From IMG/VR virus record IMGVR_UViG_3300006123_000634, positions 1 to 27,386 of that record: a stretch of 27,386 nt of DNA. The stretch is one strand, 5' to 3'. The notes beneath the pieces were generated by a model that saw only the letters and a list, made by a program, of their open reading frames with translations, made no database searches and was not told where the DNA came from. Numbering within the stretch: position 1 is the first letter of the stretch; each line of letters begins with the position of its first letter. The translations under genes and the position numbers were made by a program. Below are positions 10,901-21,175 of this stretch, one piece after another. The stretch is from a virus. Its lineage: Duplodnaviria; Caudoviricetes.

Positions 10901-11273
10901 CGGTGGCTCCAGTTGCACCTTTAATTCCAGTTGGCCCTTGTGTGCCTTGTGGTCCAGTCGGCCCTTGTACTCCAGTAGGTCCTTGAGAGCCGGTTACTCC
11001 TTGTGGTCCAGTAGGTCCGATATTACCTGTTGCACCAGTAGGTCCTAAAATACCAGTTGGACCAGTTGACCCCTGTGACCCAGTGGGTCCTTGCGGCCCT
11101 TGTGTAAAATTATTTAAATGTGAAAGTGCTGATAAAACAAGCAGGCTTGATGCTTGATCTACAGTCAAATATTGTGTTACCGCAGAATCTTGCACAATAA
11201 ATTGTGTGGTTCCTTCGGTAGGATTTGTTAAATGCGGTATAGATGAGGGTAGTGGTCTGGTAAGTCTGGTCAT
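7956..11273 (-). CDS. Long collagen-like tail fibre protein
   Basis: Several GPT/GAT collagen tracts, two GALTVxGGVGIGG fibre motifs, a DIGIRMHYY module and a C-terminal beta domain. The ATG at 11273 is preferred over the TTG at 11282. Confidence 0.85.
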   Translation of the reverse strand: MTRLTRPLPSSIPHLTNPTEGTTQFIVQDSAVTQYLTVDQASSLLVLSALSHLNNFTQGPQGPTGSQGSTGPTGILGPTGATGNIGPTGPQGVTGSQGPTGVQGPTGPQGTQGPTGIKGATGATGSQGNLGPTGPSGSGPTGPTGTGATGPQGPIGNTGTQGPTGAGATGATGATGSQGNLGPTGAAGTSVNIIGSTSTSAGILGVDPSPVNGDGVIAEDTGHLWVYNGTSFVDVGTIKGPTGQQGPTGPTGAQSNVAGPTGPQGPTGATGSTGATGFGATGNTGPTGATGPGGTGSVGATGATGPTGTQGTVGNTGPTGATGPGGTGSVGPTGPTGIQGTVGNTGPTGATGPGGTGSVGATGATGPTGTQGPIGPQGPTGSAGSTGINGATGATGPTGTQGPTGTQGPTGPQGPTGSAGSTGINGATGPTGTQGPTGPQGPTGSAGSTGINGATGPTGTQGPTGSTGPVGGSNGQILYNNSGVASGSSNLTFDGSNVVLAGNLTVGGTLAFNGTATYILSTNTYYTDNILEIHVPPSGVNGFWTTDDGKDIGIRMHYYNGADQNAALVLADNTKWLEWYQTGAEVNGDFTSATYGTFKTGSIVLVNTTASVSTVTGALTVAGGVGIGGSLYVGNTSTFYGVSGNSDYKAPIIKLDMLGNVFGGIGASANGVVKGGISWDTNGDMYIDSIGGYFLFNDLAGGNNLAFINGNQYFLSVTQGAAAKISTLNVGLNGTASTSTTTGALTVQGGVGIGGNINIGGTAYINGSQVITTGTIATFASLGPTGAQGPTGPQGSTGSNGATGAQGPTGAQGPTGPQGSQGNAGATGAQGPTGPQGIGYSLTATDSATIGSSGSYSWATNGSSLTSPLVAGSRIRVTVSGSSSNWIEGVVTGWSSSILNMTADLSSGSGAYSNWVINVAGQPGVTGPQGSTGAQGPQGAQGPTGANGTNGVTGPTGSTGPVGGSSGQVLYNSSGSASGSSNLTFDGTALTAIFKGYKETVNTLGNTSSNTNLDLSTANVFDITLTGSPTFTFTNAPASGTLISATVILRQDSTGNRSPTFTNAHYTEGATPVYSTGANQIDVLTFFTVNGGSYWFGTFAMAAVS
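9880..10060. repeat. Exact 81-bp tandem repeat (27 codons) inside the collagen tract
   Basis: The unit beginning ccagtaggtccttgtgttcc starts at 9880, 9961 and 10042 (partial); further related copies follow. Confidence 0.85.
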
Positions 11274-11294
11274 AATTATCAACTAATGATAATG

Positions 11295-11302
11295 TATTTA
11301 TA
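11295..11302 (-). promoter_or_regulatory. T4-type late promoter TATAAATA
   Basis: Exact match to the T4 gp55 late promoter consensus, in the gap just upstream of the 7956-11273 fibre gene. Confidence 0.6.
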
Positions 11303-13483
11303 TTACCTGTTGGTGATCTTAAATCTCGGATAAGTTTGTCCTTTTTTTGGCCTTGCATCTACTAACCTTGGATATTTTTGATTGGTTTTTGCCAATGGAT
11401 GTGCCAAAACATACGAACTAACATCAACGTTAGCAAATTCATAGACTGAAAGTCCTATTAATACTTCATATGGAAATACAAATCTCAGAGGAGTTTTATA
11501 ACTGTTAAACGTAGTATATTGAGCTTGTAGATATTGGTCTACGTATGATTCTGATATTCCTAATTCTCTAATTCCTTGGGTAATTAATACAACTGGAATT
11601 CCATAAGGAGCCAATCTATTAATCCATCCCTGCGTCCACGCTATTAGACCATTTATGGTATTTGTTATATTTGATTGATTTATAGTAGTATCCCCGTTGT
11701 TAAATCCAGGAATGCTGGCAATATACAAATAAGGATCTAATGCTACCCAATCTGCACGAATAGCATCTGCGAGTATTGTAGCAGTAGGCACAGGAGTAAT
11801 TCCACCGTATCCTGTTTCAGCCGCGTGAGTTATTCCAACACCTGGACTTATACCATAATATCTCCAATAATCGCATAGTGCTTGTAAATCGTCTCCTGTG
11901 GGTTTGCCAGTACCCCAATGTATTTCATCAACAACGTAAGCGTGTGTACTTGTAAAATCTGAAATAGCGTTAACACTATCAGATATATTTGCATTGAATA
12001 ATCCGCCAACTCCAGAACTATACTGACTATGCCAGAAATTTCTAGGATATCTAAATCCTGTAAACACAGAATCTTGTCCTTGAGGTAATAGTTTTGAATT
12101 ATATGTAACAGTACTGGTACTAAACATAACCTGATAATCACCGGTTACAGTTGCACCATTAGCATCTGTGGCTCTTATTTTAAAATTATATAATCCTGGA
12201 ACAGTAGGTATTCCTGTTAATAATCCATTGTTTGGATTATTAGGAAAAGAGATCAATGATAATCCAGGAGGTATTACACCTTCTGCAATTTCATATGAAT
12301 AAGGACCAGTACCGCCTGATACTGAAAAAGTTTGTCCTACATCAGAAATAATAATAGGAGCACCGTAAATACCTGTTAAATTTCCAGGAGCAGGTGATAA
12401 TTGAAGATTTTTAAAAATATTATTAGCAATGTCTAATATTCGAGGATATTCAGCAACGGTATAATTATGTTGAAACCATAATGTGAATCCATTTACTGAT
12501 GCAGGATATGTATTATCTCCTGTATAAGTTCCATTATTATATACCCAAACACCGTTGGGTAATATATATGCATCGCCTAAGGTTTGTCCTGTATTGGGCA
12601 ACTGACTAGTCGAAGACAATGTACTTTTAATAGATATTGAATTAAATGTATCCCAATTACCTAATGGCGGGCCTTCAACAACACGCACAACAGTGGTATT
12701 GGTATTATACTGAGAAAAACTATCAATGGCTGGAGCTACATTGTGTAAAGTAACAAGTGTATCGTTTTCATTTTGTACAAAAACAAATTTACAATTGCTG
12801 GAATTTACTGCATTAAACCAAGGTCCCGGTGTAGGTGCCCCGCCTTCGCCTATCTGCGAACCATATTGCCAAAAAGGACTTGCTAATTTTTGATCAGACT
12901 CTAACATTGTTTGTATATACTGATCAACAAAAGAATTTCTTATATATGGATCTATAAAATTAGTTGAAGTTGTAAAATAATCTATGTCAGTTGGTCCAGA
13001 TATACTAATAGCACCTTTTGGCCATAGACCAGAAGATGTACCGTAAGTACATACTCCCATAATAGTCAAATGTCCCCCGGCACTAGTACCTCCTACTACT
13101 AATCCTTGATTATTAGAAATATAGTTTTGTATAGTCGGCCATTGTCCTCCTTTGTTTGCTGCCGCAACTGAATCTAAACAATAGCTTAATACAGTTACTA
13201 CATCGGATACATCTCCGGGAATATGATTGGTAACAGTGGTACCGCCACCAGATGCTCTATCTCTATATTGCATATCTATAACTGCATAACCTGCACTTAC
13301 AAATTGTACCATCGTTGGATCAGTAGCAGTAGGTGATGGCCCTGTGGTAGAATTATTAGCAATCCATCCTCCACCGTGTATATGTAATATAGTTCCTAGA
13401 GGCGTACCAGAAGGGGTATATAAATTTACAAATTGTGCAGGATCAATTCCGTATGATACATTTAATGTTGTAGTATACGTCAT
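11303..13483 (-). CDS. Multidomain protein: alpha/beta-hydrolase (HSL/esterase family) + Ig-like domain + possible TIM-barrel-like C-terminal domain
   Basis: HGGGW oxyanion motif, GTSAGG nucleophile elbow, candidate Asp (QNENDTLV) and His (WFQHNY). Ig-like segment GGTGPYSY...IPPGLSL...LTGIPTVPGLYNFKIRATD. C-terminal YVVDEIHW and DWVALDPY. Confidence 0.75.
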   Translation of the reverse strand: MTYTTTLNVSYGIDPAQFVNLYTPSGTPLGTILHIHGGGWIANNSTTGPSPTATDPTMVQFVSAGYAVIDMQYRDRASGGGTTVTNHIPGDVSDVVTVLSYCLDSVAAANKGGQWPTIQNYISNNQGLVVGGTSAGGHLTIMGVCTYGTSSGLWPKGAISISGPTDIDYFTTSTNFIDPYIRNSFVDQYIQTMLESDQKLASPFWQYGSQIGEGGAPTPGPWFNAVNSSNCKFVFVQNENDTLVTLHNVAPAIDSFSQYNTNTTVVRVVEGPPLGNWDTFNSISIKSTLSSTSQLPNTGQTLGDAYILPNGVWVYNNGTYTGDNTYPASVNGFTLWFQHNYTVAEYPRILDIANNIFKNLQLSPAPGNLTGIYGAPIIISDVGQTFSVSGGTGPYSYEIAEGVIPPGLSLISFPNNPNNGLLTGIPTVPGLYNFKIRATDANGATVTGDYQVMFSTSTVTYNSKLLPQGQDSVFTGFRYPRNFWHSQYSSGVGGLFNANISDSVNAISDFTSTHAYVVDEIHWGTGKPTGDDLQALCDYWRYYGISPGVGITHAAETGYGGITPVPTATILADAIRADWVALDPYLYIASIPGFNNGDTTINQSNITNTINGLIAWTQGWINRLAPYGIPVVLITQGIRELGISESYVDQYLQAQYTTFNSYKTPLRFVFPYEVLIGLSVYEFANVDVSSYVLAHPLAKTNQKYPRLVDARPKKGQTYPRFKITNR

Positions 13484-13488
13484 TTATA

Positions 13489-14247
13489 TTATACTTCTAA
13501 TGGCAATAAAGTCATTGTCAATCCTAATGATTGAGTTGAACTAGTAAGATTTGTTATTGATACACAAATTGTTGATGTTGTAGGATCTTCATCATTGAAT
13601 CCTATCACAGCAGGACTAATAAGTTGAGCTGAACTTCCAGTTGTTATAACATCGAGTATTACTCCGGATCCTGGCAACGGATCTATACTTTGTACTCTAG
13701 ATGAATCCGCAGTTCTTGCATCATTAGAAGTATACAATCTAACCCAAGATGCTGCCGAAGTTTGTAATTTTAATATTGCATAGCTTTTAAATCCTGGCCA
13801 ATTATTATAAGCCGTAGCACCGCTGGCCAACGGAGCGGTACTTGCTGATGACAATGTTCTTGTAAATGAACCACCACCTGTACCTGCTGGACCAGTGGGT
13901 CCTTGTGCACCTGTTGGTCCTACAACGTTGCTCGCGGCACCAGTAGGACCCTGTGGTCCAGTTGAGCCTAATCCCGTGGGTCCAATATTTCCCCTTGGCC
14001 CAGTTGGACCGGTAGCACCAGCACCTGTGGGTCCTTGATTTCCTGTAGGTCCAGTAACTCCGGCAGGTCCCTGAGGCCCTCCATTCGGGCCTGTAGGTCC
14101 TACATTACCCTGTGGACCCCTTGACAAGGAAACAATTTGTTCTATATTAATTTTTTTAGTTTTATTTCCATCAGACCCATCAACTACCGGTATTATAATT
14201 TGATTTGTAAGTGTGTTGACTGATGGTAAATTGGTAATTGCTGTCAT
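13489..14247 (-). CDS. Short collagen-like structural protein with globular C-terminal domain
   Basis: N-terminal ITNLP...IPVVD...TKKINI module, a GPT/GPQ tract, and a C-terminal domain WVRLYTS...[12 protein letters not shown]. Confidence 0.75.
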   Translation of the reverse strand: MTAITNLPSVNTLTNQIIIPVVDGSDGNKTKKINIEQIVSLSRGPQGNVGPTGPNGGPQGPAGVTGPTGNQGPTGAGATGPTGPRGNIGPTGLGSTGPQGPTGAASNVVGPTGAQGPTGPAGTGGGSFTRTLSSASTAPLASGATAYNNWPGFKSYAILKLQTSAASWVRLYTSNDARTADSSRVQSIDPLPGSGVILDVITTGSSAQLISPAVIGFNDEDPTTSTICVSITNLTSSTQSLGLTMTLLPLEV

Positions 14248-14249
14248 TT

Positions 14250-16439
14250 TTAGGTCCTAGTTAAAATAACACCGTCGTTAAATTCCCACGTGATGTTTTC
14301 TTCGTATAATATGTCATCGGAAGGAATTGTATCACCGACACTTTGTCTTTCAAATATTAGGTATTTAGCTGTAGTACCATCCAGTGTATCTTGTACAACT
14401 AATCTGTCTATTTCAAAATCTAATAGTTTAAAATCAAATCCGCTGAGTTTAATTCTATTAACAATACGTTGACCTTGTCCTGGTAATGCATAACATAATG
14501 GAATAACTTTCATATACATCGGAATTTGGTTGCCTGTAGATCCTAGAGTTCGCATAAATTTGGGCTCTAAATAATCATTGACGCCGATTATAGAACCATC
14601 TTGAAATTCTAAACTGCGAAGTTGTGTTTTCATATTGTCTATACCACCAGGATACAAAATATTGTTACCACTATAAACAACTGAACTTGCACCTGCCATA
14701 TCATCTACAACATCTACATACACAACTTCATAAAGAATGTTGCCATCGATATCTTGGGCTATTGCAGTTTTAACATCTCCAAAATATAATCTTTTCCTGT
14801 AGAAACTTTGACGCAATGCTGGAACATAATCATCTATATTCATTTTTTCTATACCAAATTCTAAAACTACTTTTATATCGTGTTGTACACCAAAATTAGG
14901 ATCATAATATCTATATATTAATGTAGGATCAAATATAAATGTATCAGCAGTGAAGCTTTGATATGTTGTACGTTTTTCAGGCTTTAAGAACGGACGTAAC
15001 CAGATTTTAGTATATTGTATGTTATCTGTTTTGACTGTAGATAAAGTAAATGTTCTGGTTACAGCACTAAGTCCATAAACATCGCTGGCTTCTACTGTAA
15101 ACGAATATGTGTTAGGAGCCCAATAATATGCATATCCTGTAATTGTTCCATCTCGTTGCAATGTAAGTCCTACTGGCAATGACCCATCAATTAATTTATA
15201 TTTTATTGTGTAGGCGGAATTAACCTGTTTAGCAACAACAGCAAGATCACTGGTAACTCCAAAATTTATACTACCAAGATCACTGTCGGATACCCACTCG
15301 ATATAACTAGACACATTGCCTTCAACAATTAAATTAAAAATATTAGTACCTGTAGATTTATTTCCACTATATATGTCCGTTTTTGTAGCAAACACATTTA
15401 AATTATATTGTTTACTATATTCAGGTTGATAAGGGATGTGTCCATAGATATAACCAGTGGTACTATCTATTTGTAATCCTGTAGGTAAACTCCAAGCAGG
15501 ATCAGGAATATAATTTGTGTAGGTTGTTGATGTATAAAAATTTACAGGGAAGTTGTTAATATATTTTGTATAATAGGTTGTTGTAGTTGCAATTTCTGGA
15601 CGACCTTCCTGTATAGAATATGTTATGGGTCCTTGAAATGGAGATGCATCATAAGCAGTTACAGGAATAAATTCATTATTGTTTGCTCTCACAATTCCTA
15701 AATCCGAACTATTAACAAATTGTGGAGCTTCGACATATCCTAAACTAGCAATATCTTGAATTACACTGGTATTACTGTTTAAATTTATAAAACTACTAGT
15801 AGTGAATCCAAAAAGTCCACTGTCTGCTCTTAGCATATCTGGACTAACAACTAATATTTTAAATATACCACTTGTACTTTTAACTATACCATCAGTGGCA
15901 ACAACATCAAATTGATAAAGATGTGGGTACCCTAACATTGTAGATGTTGTGGCAACAAATTTATCTTTAACAACACCATACAACCTACCTTCTTCGGTTA
16001 GGGTTAATCCCGGAGGCAACAAATTTAAATCATTCATATAAAATTTTAATGCCGAGGTACTAGTTGTTAACGAAGCTATAGAATAATCTACATATTTGTG
16101 ATTTAAAATATAATCATCACCGTGATATCCAACGGGTAAGTATCCTCCCTGAGATGTCCAAAAATTAGTATTAACTGCACCAACATCTATAAAAAATGTT
16201 CTATCTGCTATTGTAGATGTATTAGATGCTCTTATAACAAACTTATTGTGAGTTGTTTCTTCAACTACACTAGGAATCCCAGAAATTGTACCAGTTGATG
16301 AGAAAAACAATCCTGCAGGAAGTTGACCACTAATGACCTTATAAGAATTTGCATTAGACGCAGATACAGTAATAGATGTAAAAACATTTACACTAGCTGT
16401 GGTTAAAAGTCCCTGAGGTGTTGTCCAAGTAATTGCCAT
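14250..16439 (-). CDS. Virion structural protein with repeated putative Ig (He_PIG-like) domains
   Basis: Four LPxGL...TG/EG/DG.I.G repeats: LPAGL, LPPGL, LPTGL, LPVGL. Confidence 0.75.
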   Translation of the reverse strand: MAITWTTPQGLLTTASVNVFTSITVSASNANSYKVISGQLPAGLFFSSTGTISGIPSVVEETTHNKFVIRASNTSTIADRTFFIDVGAVNTNFWTSQGGYLPVGYHGDDYILNHKYVDYSIASLTTSTSALKFYMNDLNLLPPGLTLTEEGRLYGVVKDKFVATTSTMLGYPHLYQFDVVATDGIVKSTSGIFKILVVSPDMLRADSGLFGFTTSSFINLNSNTSVIQDIASLGYVEAPQFVNSSDLGIVRANNNEFIPVTAYDASPFQGPITYSIQEGRPEIATTTTYYTKYINNFPVNFYTSTTYTNYIPDPAWSLPTGLQIDSTTGYIYGHIPYQPEYSKQYNLNVFATKTDIYSGNKSTGTNIFNLIVEGNVSSYIEWVSDSDLGSINFGVTSDLAVVAKQVNSAYTIKYKLIDGSLPVGLTLQRDGTITGYAYYWAPNTYSFTVEASDVYGLSAVTRTFTLSTVKTDNIQYTKIWLRPFLKPEKRTTYQSFTADTFIFDPTLIYRYYDPNFGVQHDIKVVLEFGIEKMNIDDYVPALRQSFYRKRLYFGDVKTAIAQDIDGNILYEVVYVDVVDDMAGASSVVYSGNNILYPGGIDNMKTQLRSLEFQDGSIIGVNDYLEPKFMRTLGSTGNQIPMYMKVIPLCYALPGQGQRIVNRIKLSGFDFKLLDFEIDRLVVQDTLDGTTAKYLIFERQSVGDTIPSDDILYEENITWEFNDGVILTRT

Positions 16440-16448
16440 CGGTGTTCT

Positions 16449-16829
16449 TTAACTTGTAGGAGCAGTAGGCCAATTAATAGTTCCCGGAAATCCTGCCTGA
16501 GTAGGAATATCTCTCAACTGTTGACGATATGTTGCCCAGGCCTGTTGTGCGTCATTTGATAATGGGTTGTTTGGTAGCTGTGTCCAATCACTGTTACTTA
16601 ATAATATCGCCCTTTTATCTCTAGCCACCTGCGCTAACTGTGTAGTTATTTGTGTTGGTGTTCTAGGATCTTCCCAAACTTTTCTCTCCCAATGATAAGC
16701 ATATTCAACATTGGGCGAGGCCGGTAATGGTGTATCTATTTCATATCTGGTTAAACCAGGAAGAGTTTGAGCTAACCCACCGTTTTGAATCATTTGAACA
16801 TAGCCTTGGCTGTTTACATAAACAAACAT
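16449..16829 (-). CDS. Phage tail fibre assembly chaperone (Phage_tail_APC-like)
   Basis: RDKRAILLSNSDWTQLP...WATYRQQLRDIPTQAGFP...WPTAP. Its ATG overlaps the stop of the upstream fibre gene. Confidence 0.88.
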   Translation of the reverse strand: MFVYVNSQGYVQMIQNGGLAQTLPGLTRYEIDTPLPASPNVEYAYHWERKVWEDPRTPTQITTQLAQVARDKRAILLSNSDWTQLPNNPLSNDAQQAWATYRQQLRDIPTQAGFPGTINWPTAPTS

Positions 16830-19800
16830 TATCGTTTTACTCCTATGGCAAAAATATTTGTGGGAGGGTTTATTGACAATACCGAAGAGTTATAGGCCAA
16901 ACTAAGAGAATATGTTAATGCTCCAGATGACGGTGAACTCACGTAGCCTGATAATGCAAATTTATAAGATCCAGTAGTAGGTGCTACTCCAGAATCGATA
17001 GAATCTAATATATTGCCATTACCGTCTAATAAATCTATCTCCCAATTACCGTGTCCACCTCCGCCACCGTTTGCAGATATTGAAACATTAGCTATAACCC
17101 ACACAGGACTACCTCCTGAATCTATTGTAACAGATGCTATAGTTGCTGGACCAAACCCAGAATAGGGTGACGCTAAAGATGCACCGGCAGTGACTGAAAC
17201 AGCGTTGGCCTGAATATTACTGGTACCTACAATTGCACCATCTAAATAAAGGGTGGTTCCGTCAAATGCAAGATTATGAGTTGGACTACCAAATGCAAAT
17301 GATCCATCTACATTGAGGATAGCACCGCCAGTTCCTCCAAATCCTGATCCTGCTGAATATGTCAGTGTACCAACTTGAACACCACCTTGAATAGCAACGT
17401 TGCCGCTGCCATCTATGGTAAATGCTGGTTGAGGACTTCCTGAGGGATTATATATCTTGAAGTTACTGGCGTTGATAATAAAATCACTAGTCCCGCCACT
17501 GCCGCTTAATAATTTAAATCCTGTAATTGCTCCGCCTGCACTTACCGTAACTCCATAACTGGCCTGTACAGTGGCTATATTACCTTGTAGGGTACTGATA
17601 GTACTTGCTTGAGTTGAAACGGTTCCTTGTAATGAACTAAGGGTACTTCCTTGTGAAGATACTGTTCCTGACAATGAACTTAAACTGCTTCCCTGTGAAG
17701 ATACTGTAGAATTTAAAGTACTGTAATTAGATTGCAAAGTACTAACACTGGTTGCAATACTTGCAGTGGCATTTGCAACAATAGTATTAACCTGAGAAAT
17801 AGTTGCACCGCTGCCGGTATTATATGCAACAACTTCATTTAACACAGTAGTAACAATAGCCGCAGTACTGTTTGCTACCGCAGTATTAACATCACTTATA
17901 CTTGCTTTACTGTTTACAGTAGTTGTTAAATTAGATAATGAACCAGAGATATTGGTCAACGAGCTAGTAATATTTGTTAAGGAACTTTTTATATTGGTTA
18001 AAGAATTTGCAACATTAGTTAATGTATTCAATACACCATTTACTGTGCTTACCACTCCGCTATAACTAGCATTTAAACTGCTAACACTAGATGCCAAACT
18101 ACCTGTGCTATTGTTAACCAATGTAATAAGATTAGTGAAACTACTTGCAACCACAGTTTGATAAGTATTGAAATTAGATTGTAATGTATTAAGTTGAGTA
18201 GCTAAACTACCTGTACCAGTACTACTATTAATAAGTGAAATTACATTAGTAAAACTACCTGCAACTGTGGTTTGATAATTATTGAAACTAGCCTGTAATA
18301 CATTAACCTGATTTACAACGCTGGCCGTACTATTTGCTATTAATGTAGTAACATCACTGGAATTTGCTTTGCTGTTAACTGTGGTTGTTAAATTAGTTAA
18401 AGAACTTGCTACATTTGTCAATGTACTAAGTATTCCACTGTAATTTGCAGATAAAGTATTGACCTGACTTGCTATACTAGCTGTACTACTTGCAACAGTG
18501 CTATTAATTTGGTTAATAGTTGCCGTATTAACAAAATTGGTTAAACTACCTACTATAGAAGTATATTGACTGTTTAATGTATTGACCTGTGTGGTCAGAC
18601 TTGCTGTACTGCTGGCAACTGTTGTATTAATTTGACGAATAGTTGCTGTGCTAACAAAATTAGTTAAACTGCCAACTATTCCTGTATATTGACTATTTAA
18701 TGTATTGACCTGTGTAGCCAAACTACTTGTACTGTTACTAATTAGAGATACTAAATTGGTATATGTAGCTGAATCAGCAATAACTTTATCGTTAAAGTTA
18801 GTTTGTAGGGAGTTGACCTGTGTAGCCAAACTACTTGTACTGTTACTAATTAGAGATACCAAATTGGTATATGTGGCTGAATCGGCAATAACTTTATTGT
18901 TAAAGTTAGTTTGTAATGTACTTAAATTTCTTGCAATACTGGCTGTATTATTGTTGAGTAGTGTAATAGCATTTGTAAAACTGCTAATAGCAATACTAAC
19001 CGTATTTTGATAAACACTGTTTAGATAATTTACGTTGGTTGCAAGACTTGCTGTGCTGTTGGCAACAATTAAATTAACTTCGCCAATTGTCACAGAAGAT
19101 GTGCTGGTTGCACTATTAAATGCCGCAATGATTGACTGTACCTGATTAACATAGGTAGTAGCACTATTTGCAAGAGCAACTAATTGATCAGTGCTACTAT
19201 AAATGGAAGTTACACTAGTAGCAACATTTACATAATTTCCTTGCAATGTTGCAACCTGAGTAGTCAATGATCCTGTGCTATTGTTAACTAATGTAATAAG
19301 ATTAGTAAAACTACTTGCGGCACTAGTTTGGTATGTGTTGAAATTACTGCTTAATGAGGTTAACTGTGAAGCGATACTAGCGGTGCTACTTGCAACAGTG
19401 CTGTTAATTTGGTTAATGGTTGCATTGTTAACATAATTTGTTAAACTACCAACTAAACCTGTATACCGGCTGTTTAATGTATTAACCTGCGTGGCAAGAC
19501 TACCTGTACTATTGCTGATCAATGTAACTAAATTTGTATAAGTAGATGAATCAGCAACAACCTTATCATTAAAATTAGTTGACAGTGTTGTAAGATCAGA
19601 TGCAATACTTGCTGTACTATCACTAATCAAAGCTACTAAATTTGTATATGTGGCTGAATCAGCCACAACCTTATTGTTAAAATTAGTTTGTAATGTTTGT
19701 AGTTGAGAAGCAATACTGGCCGTACTGGATGCAATAGCCTGATTTACATAACTTATAGTAGCACCAGTACTTGTTGACAAACTTTGAAACTCAGCATTTA

Positions 19801-20788
19801 GAGTACTAATTTGTGTAGCAATACTGCCGGTGCTATTACTAATTAATGACAGTAAATTTGTGTATGTTGCAGAATCAGCAACAACTTTATTATTAAATTT
19901 AGTTTCTAATGTTGTTAATTCTGATGCAATACTAGCGGTGCTATTATTAATTAATGTTATTAATTGAGTAAAATAGGAGGTGGAAGTTGTTGCTGTACTT
20001 TCAAAACTACTCACTAAAGATTCTAACAGAGTTGCAATACTTCCAGTGCTATTGGAAATTAATGAAACTAAACTTGTATAATTATTTTGAACAAGTGTAT
20101 CTAAATTATTATAAGAGGTTCCTAGTACCGTTATTTCTTGAGCAAGCCCTGGAATTAATTTAACTTCGTTGAAAAAATATGTTGCACTATTTTGATTGAA
20201 TGTACCAATATTAGTAGCACTAACATTTTCCGCATTACCAATTAAAAATACTGAAAATCTAGTTACACTATTTGTAAGTACCTGGCCAGATGGAGAACTT
20301 GTATATGCTGTAAAATCTAAGTAATCAGTCTGTCCATCTAAGAAAACAATACCGCTATGAATTTGTGAAAGATTATCTGTGGTATTAATTTGGTCTTGTA
20401 CAATACTAACTGTTCCGCCGGCTCCGTTCTTTCTAACCTGTGAATTTATTTGACCTGTACCTGAACCCGGTTGCCAGTTAACATTTGCATCAAATTGATA
20501 ATGACCTGCAACAGTTGGTTGGAATAAGTTATTAGTACCATCCCACCAATTATGAACATCTGTTATTACTCCAAAAGGAATAATAGTATCAGAATTAGCA
20601 GGTATAGCTAAATCGGGGCCGATAAGTTGGGTGTTAACCAACAAAGTTGATGTAGTAATCGCACCATTGTTACCGTAAATATCGGTAAAAACAAAGTTTA
20701 CTTTTTCAAACGCAGTACGTATGCTGTCACCTGTACCGTCGTTTTCTTGTCCGCCTATGTTAATTAAGATTCCTGGATCTATGGCCAT
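16829..20788 (-). CDS. Long coiled-coil tail fibre / tip protein
   Basis: N-terminal NDGTGDSIRTAFEKVN (T4 gp9/gp10-like attachment motif), a C1q-like segment (FQPTVAGHYQFDANV), about 830 aa of Ser/Thr/Asn-rich helical repeats, then a gpJ/DUF1983-like segment (YGVTV...ITGFKL...SDFIINASNFKI). Confidence 0.78.
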   Translation of the reverse strand: MAIDPGILINIGGQENDGTGDSIRTAFEKVNFVFTDIYGNNGAITTSTLLVNTQLIGPDLAIPANSDTIIPFGVITDVHNWWDGTNNLFQPTVAGHYQFDANVNWQPGSGTGQINSQVRKNGAGGTVSIVQDQINTTDNLSQIHSGIVFLDGQTDYLDFTAYTSSPSGQVLTNSVTRFSVFLIGNAENVSATNIGTFNQNSATYFFNEVKLIPGLAQEITVLGTSYNNLDTLVQNNYTSLVSLISNSTGSIATLLESLVSSFESTATTSTSYFTQLITLINNSTASIASELTTLETKFNNKVVADSATYTNLLSLISNSTGSIATQISTLNAEFQSLSTSTGATISYVNQAIASSTASIASQLQTLQTNFNNKVVADSATYTNLVALISDSTASIASDLTTLSTNFNDKVVADSSTYTNLVTLISNSTGSLATQVNTLNSRYTGLVGSLTNYVNNATINQINSTVASSTASIASQLTSLSSNFNTYQTSAASSFTNLITLVNNSTGSLTTQVATLQGNYVNVATSVTSIYSSTDQLVALANSATTYVNQVQSIIAAFNSATSTSSVTIGEVNLIVANSTASLATNVNYLNSVYQNTVSIAISSFTNAITLLNNNTASIARNLSTLQTNFNNKVIADSATYTNLVSLISNSTSSLATQVNSLQTNFNDKVIADSATYTNLVSLISNSTSSLATQVNTLNSQYTGIVGSLTNFVSTATIRQINTTVASSTASLTTQVNTLNSQYTSIVGSLTNFVNTATINQINSTVASSTASIASQVNTLSANYSGILSTLTNVASSLTNLTTTVNSKANSSDVTTLIANSTASVVNQVNVLQASFNNYQTTVAGSFTNVISLINSSTGTGSLATQLNTLQSNFNTYQTVVASSFTNLITLVNNSTGSLASSVSSLNASYSGVVSTVNGVLNTLTNVANSLTNIKSSLTNITSSLTNISGSLSNLTTTVNSKASISDVNTAVANSTAAIVTTVLNEVVAYNTGSGATISQVNTIVANATASIATSVSTLQSNYSTLNSTVSSQGSSLSSLSGTVSSQGSTLSSLQGTVSTQASTISTLQGNIATVQASYGVTVSAGGAITGFKLLSGSGGTSDFIINASNFKIYNPSGSPQPAFTIDGSGNVAIQGGVQVGTLTYSAGSGFGGTGGAILNVDGSFAFGSPTHNLAFDGTTLYLDGAIVGTSNIQANAVSVTAGASLASPYSGFGPATIASVTIDSGGSPVWVIANVSISANGGGGGHGNWEIDLLDGNGNILDSIDSGVAPTTGSYKFALSGYVSSPSSGALTYSLSLAYNSSVLSINPPTNIFAIGVKR
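18705..18915. repeat. Near-identical 108-bp tandem duplication (36-codon fibre repeat)
   Basis: ttgacctgtgtagccaaactacttgtactg starts at 18705 and again at 18813. Confidence 0.85.
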
Positions 20789-20818
20789 AATATTCCTCTA
20801 GTTAGCTCACTATAGAGA

Positions 20819-20824
20819 TATTTA
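20819..20824 (-). promoter_or_regulatory. Putative late promoter core TAAATA at the head of the structural operon
   Basis: CTAAATA about 30 nt upstream of the ATG at 20788. Confidence 0.5.
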
Positions 20825-20844
20825 GCCAAATTAACCCATATCGT

Positions 20845-21075
20845 TTAGTGCAGTGTTCTGTTCTCTAAATCATGTATATTGTCGATTCCAAATATACTTA
20901 ATATAATTTTTACTTCTTCTGGAGGATCATCCATTAGATGCTCTGGAATCATAAATGTTTTAAGTTCTCCATCTGGGCCAAGGATAAAACCATAATCATC
21001 CTTGCCAAAATCTTCTGTTTCTTCAAATTCTTCAATTTCTTCAATTTCTACTGTTGCTGTGACATTGTTGGGCAT
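20845..21075 (-). CDS. Small acidic hypothetical protein
   Basis: The ATG at 21075 follows a GGAG SD and is preferred over 21105. Glu/Asp-rich; a possible extended -10 (TGtTATACT) lies at 21094-21102. Confidence 0.65.
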   Translation of the reverse strand: MPNNVTATVEIEEIEEFEETEDFGKDDYGFILGPDGELKTFMIPEHLMDDPPEEVKIILSIFGIDNIHDLENRTLH

Positions 21076-21121
21076 AATTCTTTCTCCACTTAGAGTATAA
21101 CACATTTTAAACAGAATAACA

Positions 21122-21175
21122 TTACTTTAAGTTAATTCTGTCATTAATAACTGACCAATCAATAGCCCTCCATAT
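21122..21175 (-). pseudogene. Stranded duplicate of the sod 3' end
   Basis: Reads IWRAIDWSVINDRINLK* versus IWRIIDWSVINDRLSIRT* at the end of sod; 12 of the first 13 aa are identical. Confidence 0.85.

Noticed and set aside
9880-19930. CRISPR array or DGR template/variable repeats
   Set aside because: The repeats are in-frame coding units without unique spacers; there is no reverse transcriptase or cas gene and no adenine-specific divergence that I could see.
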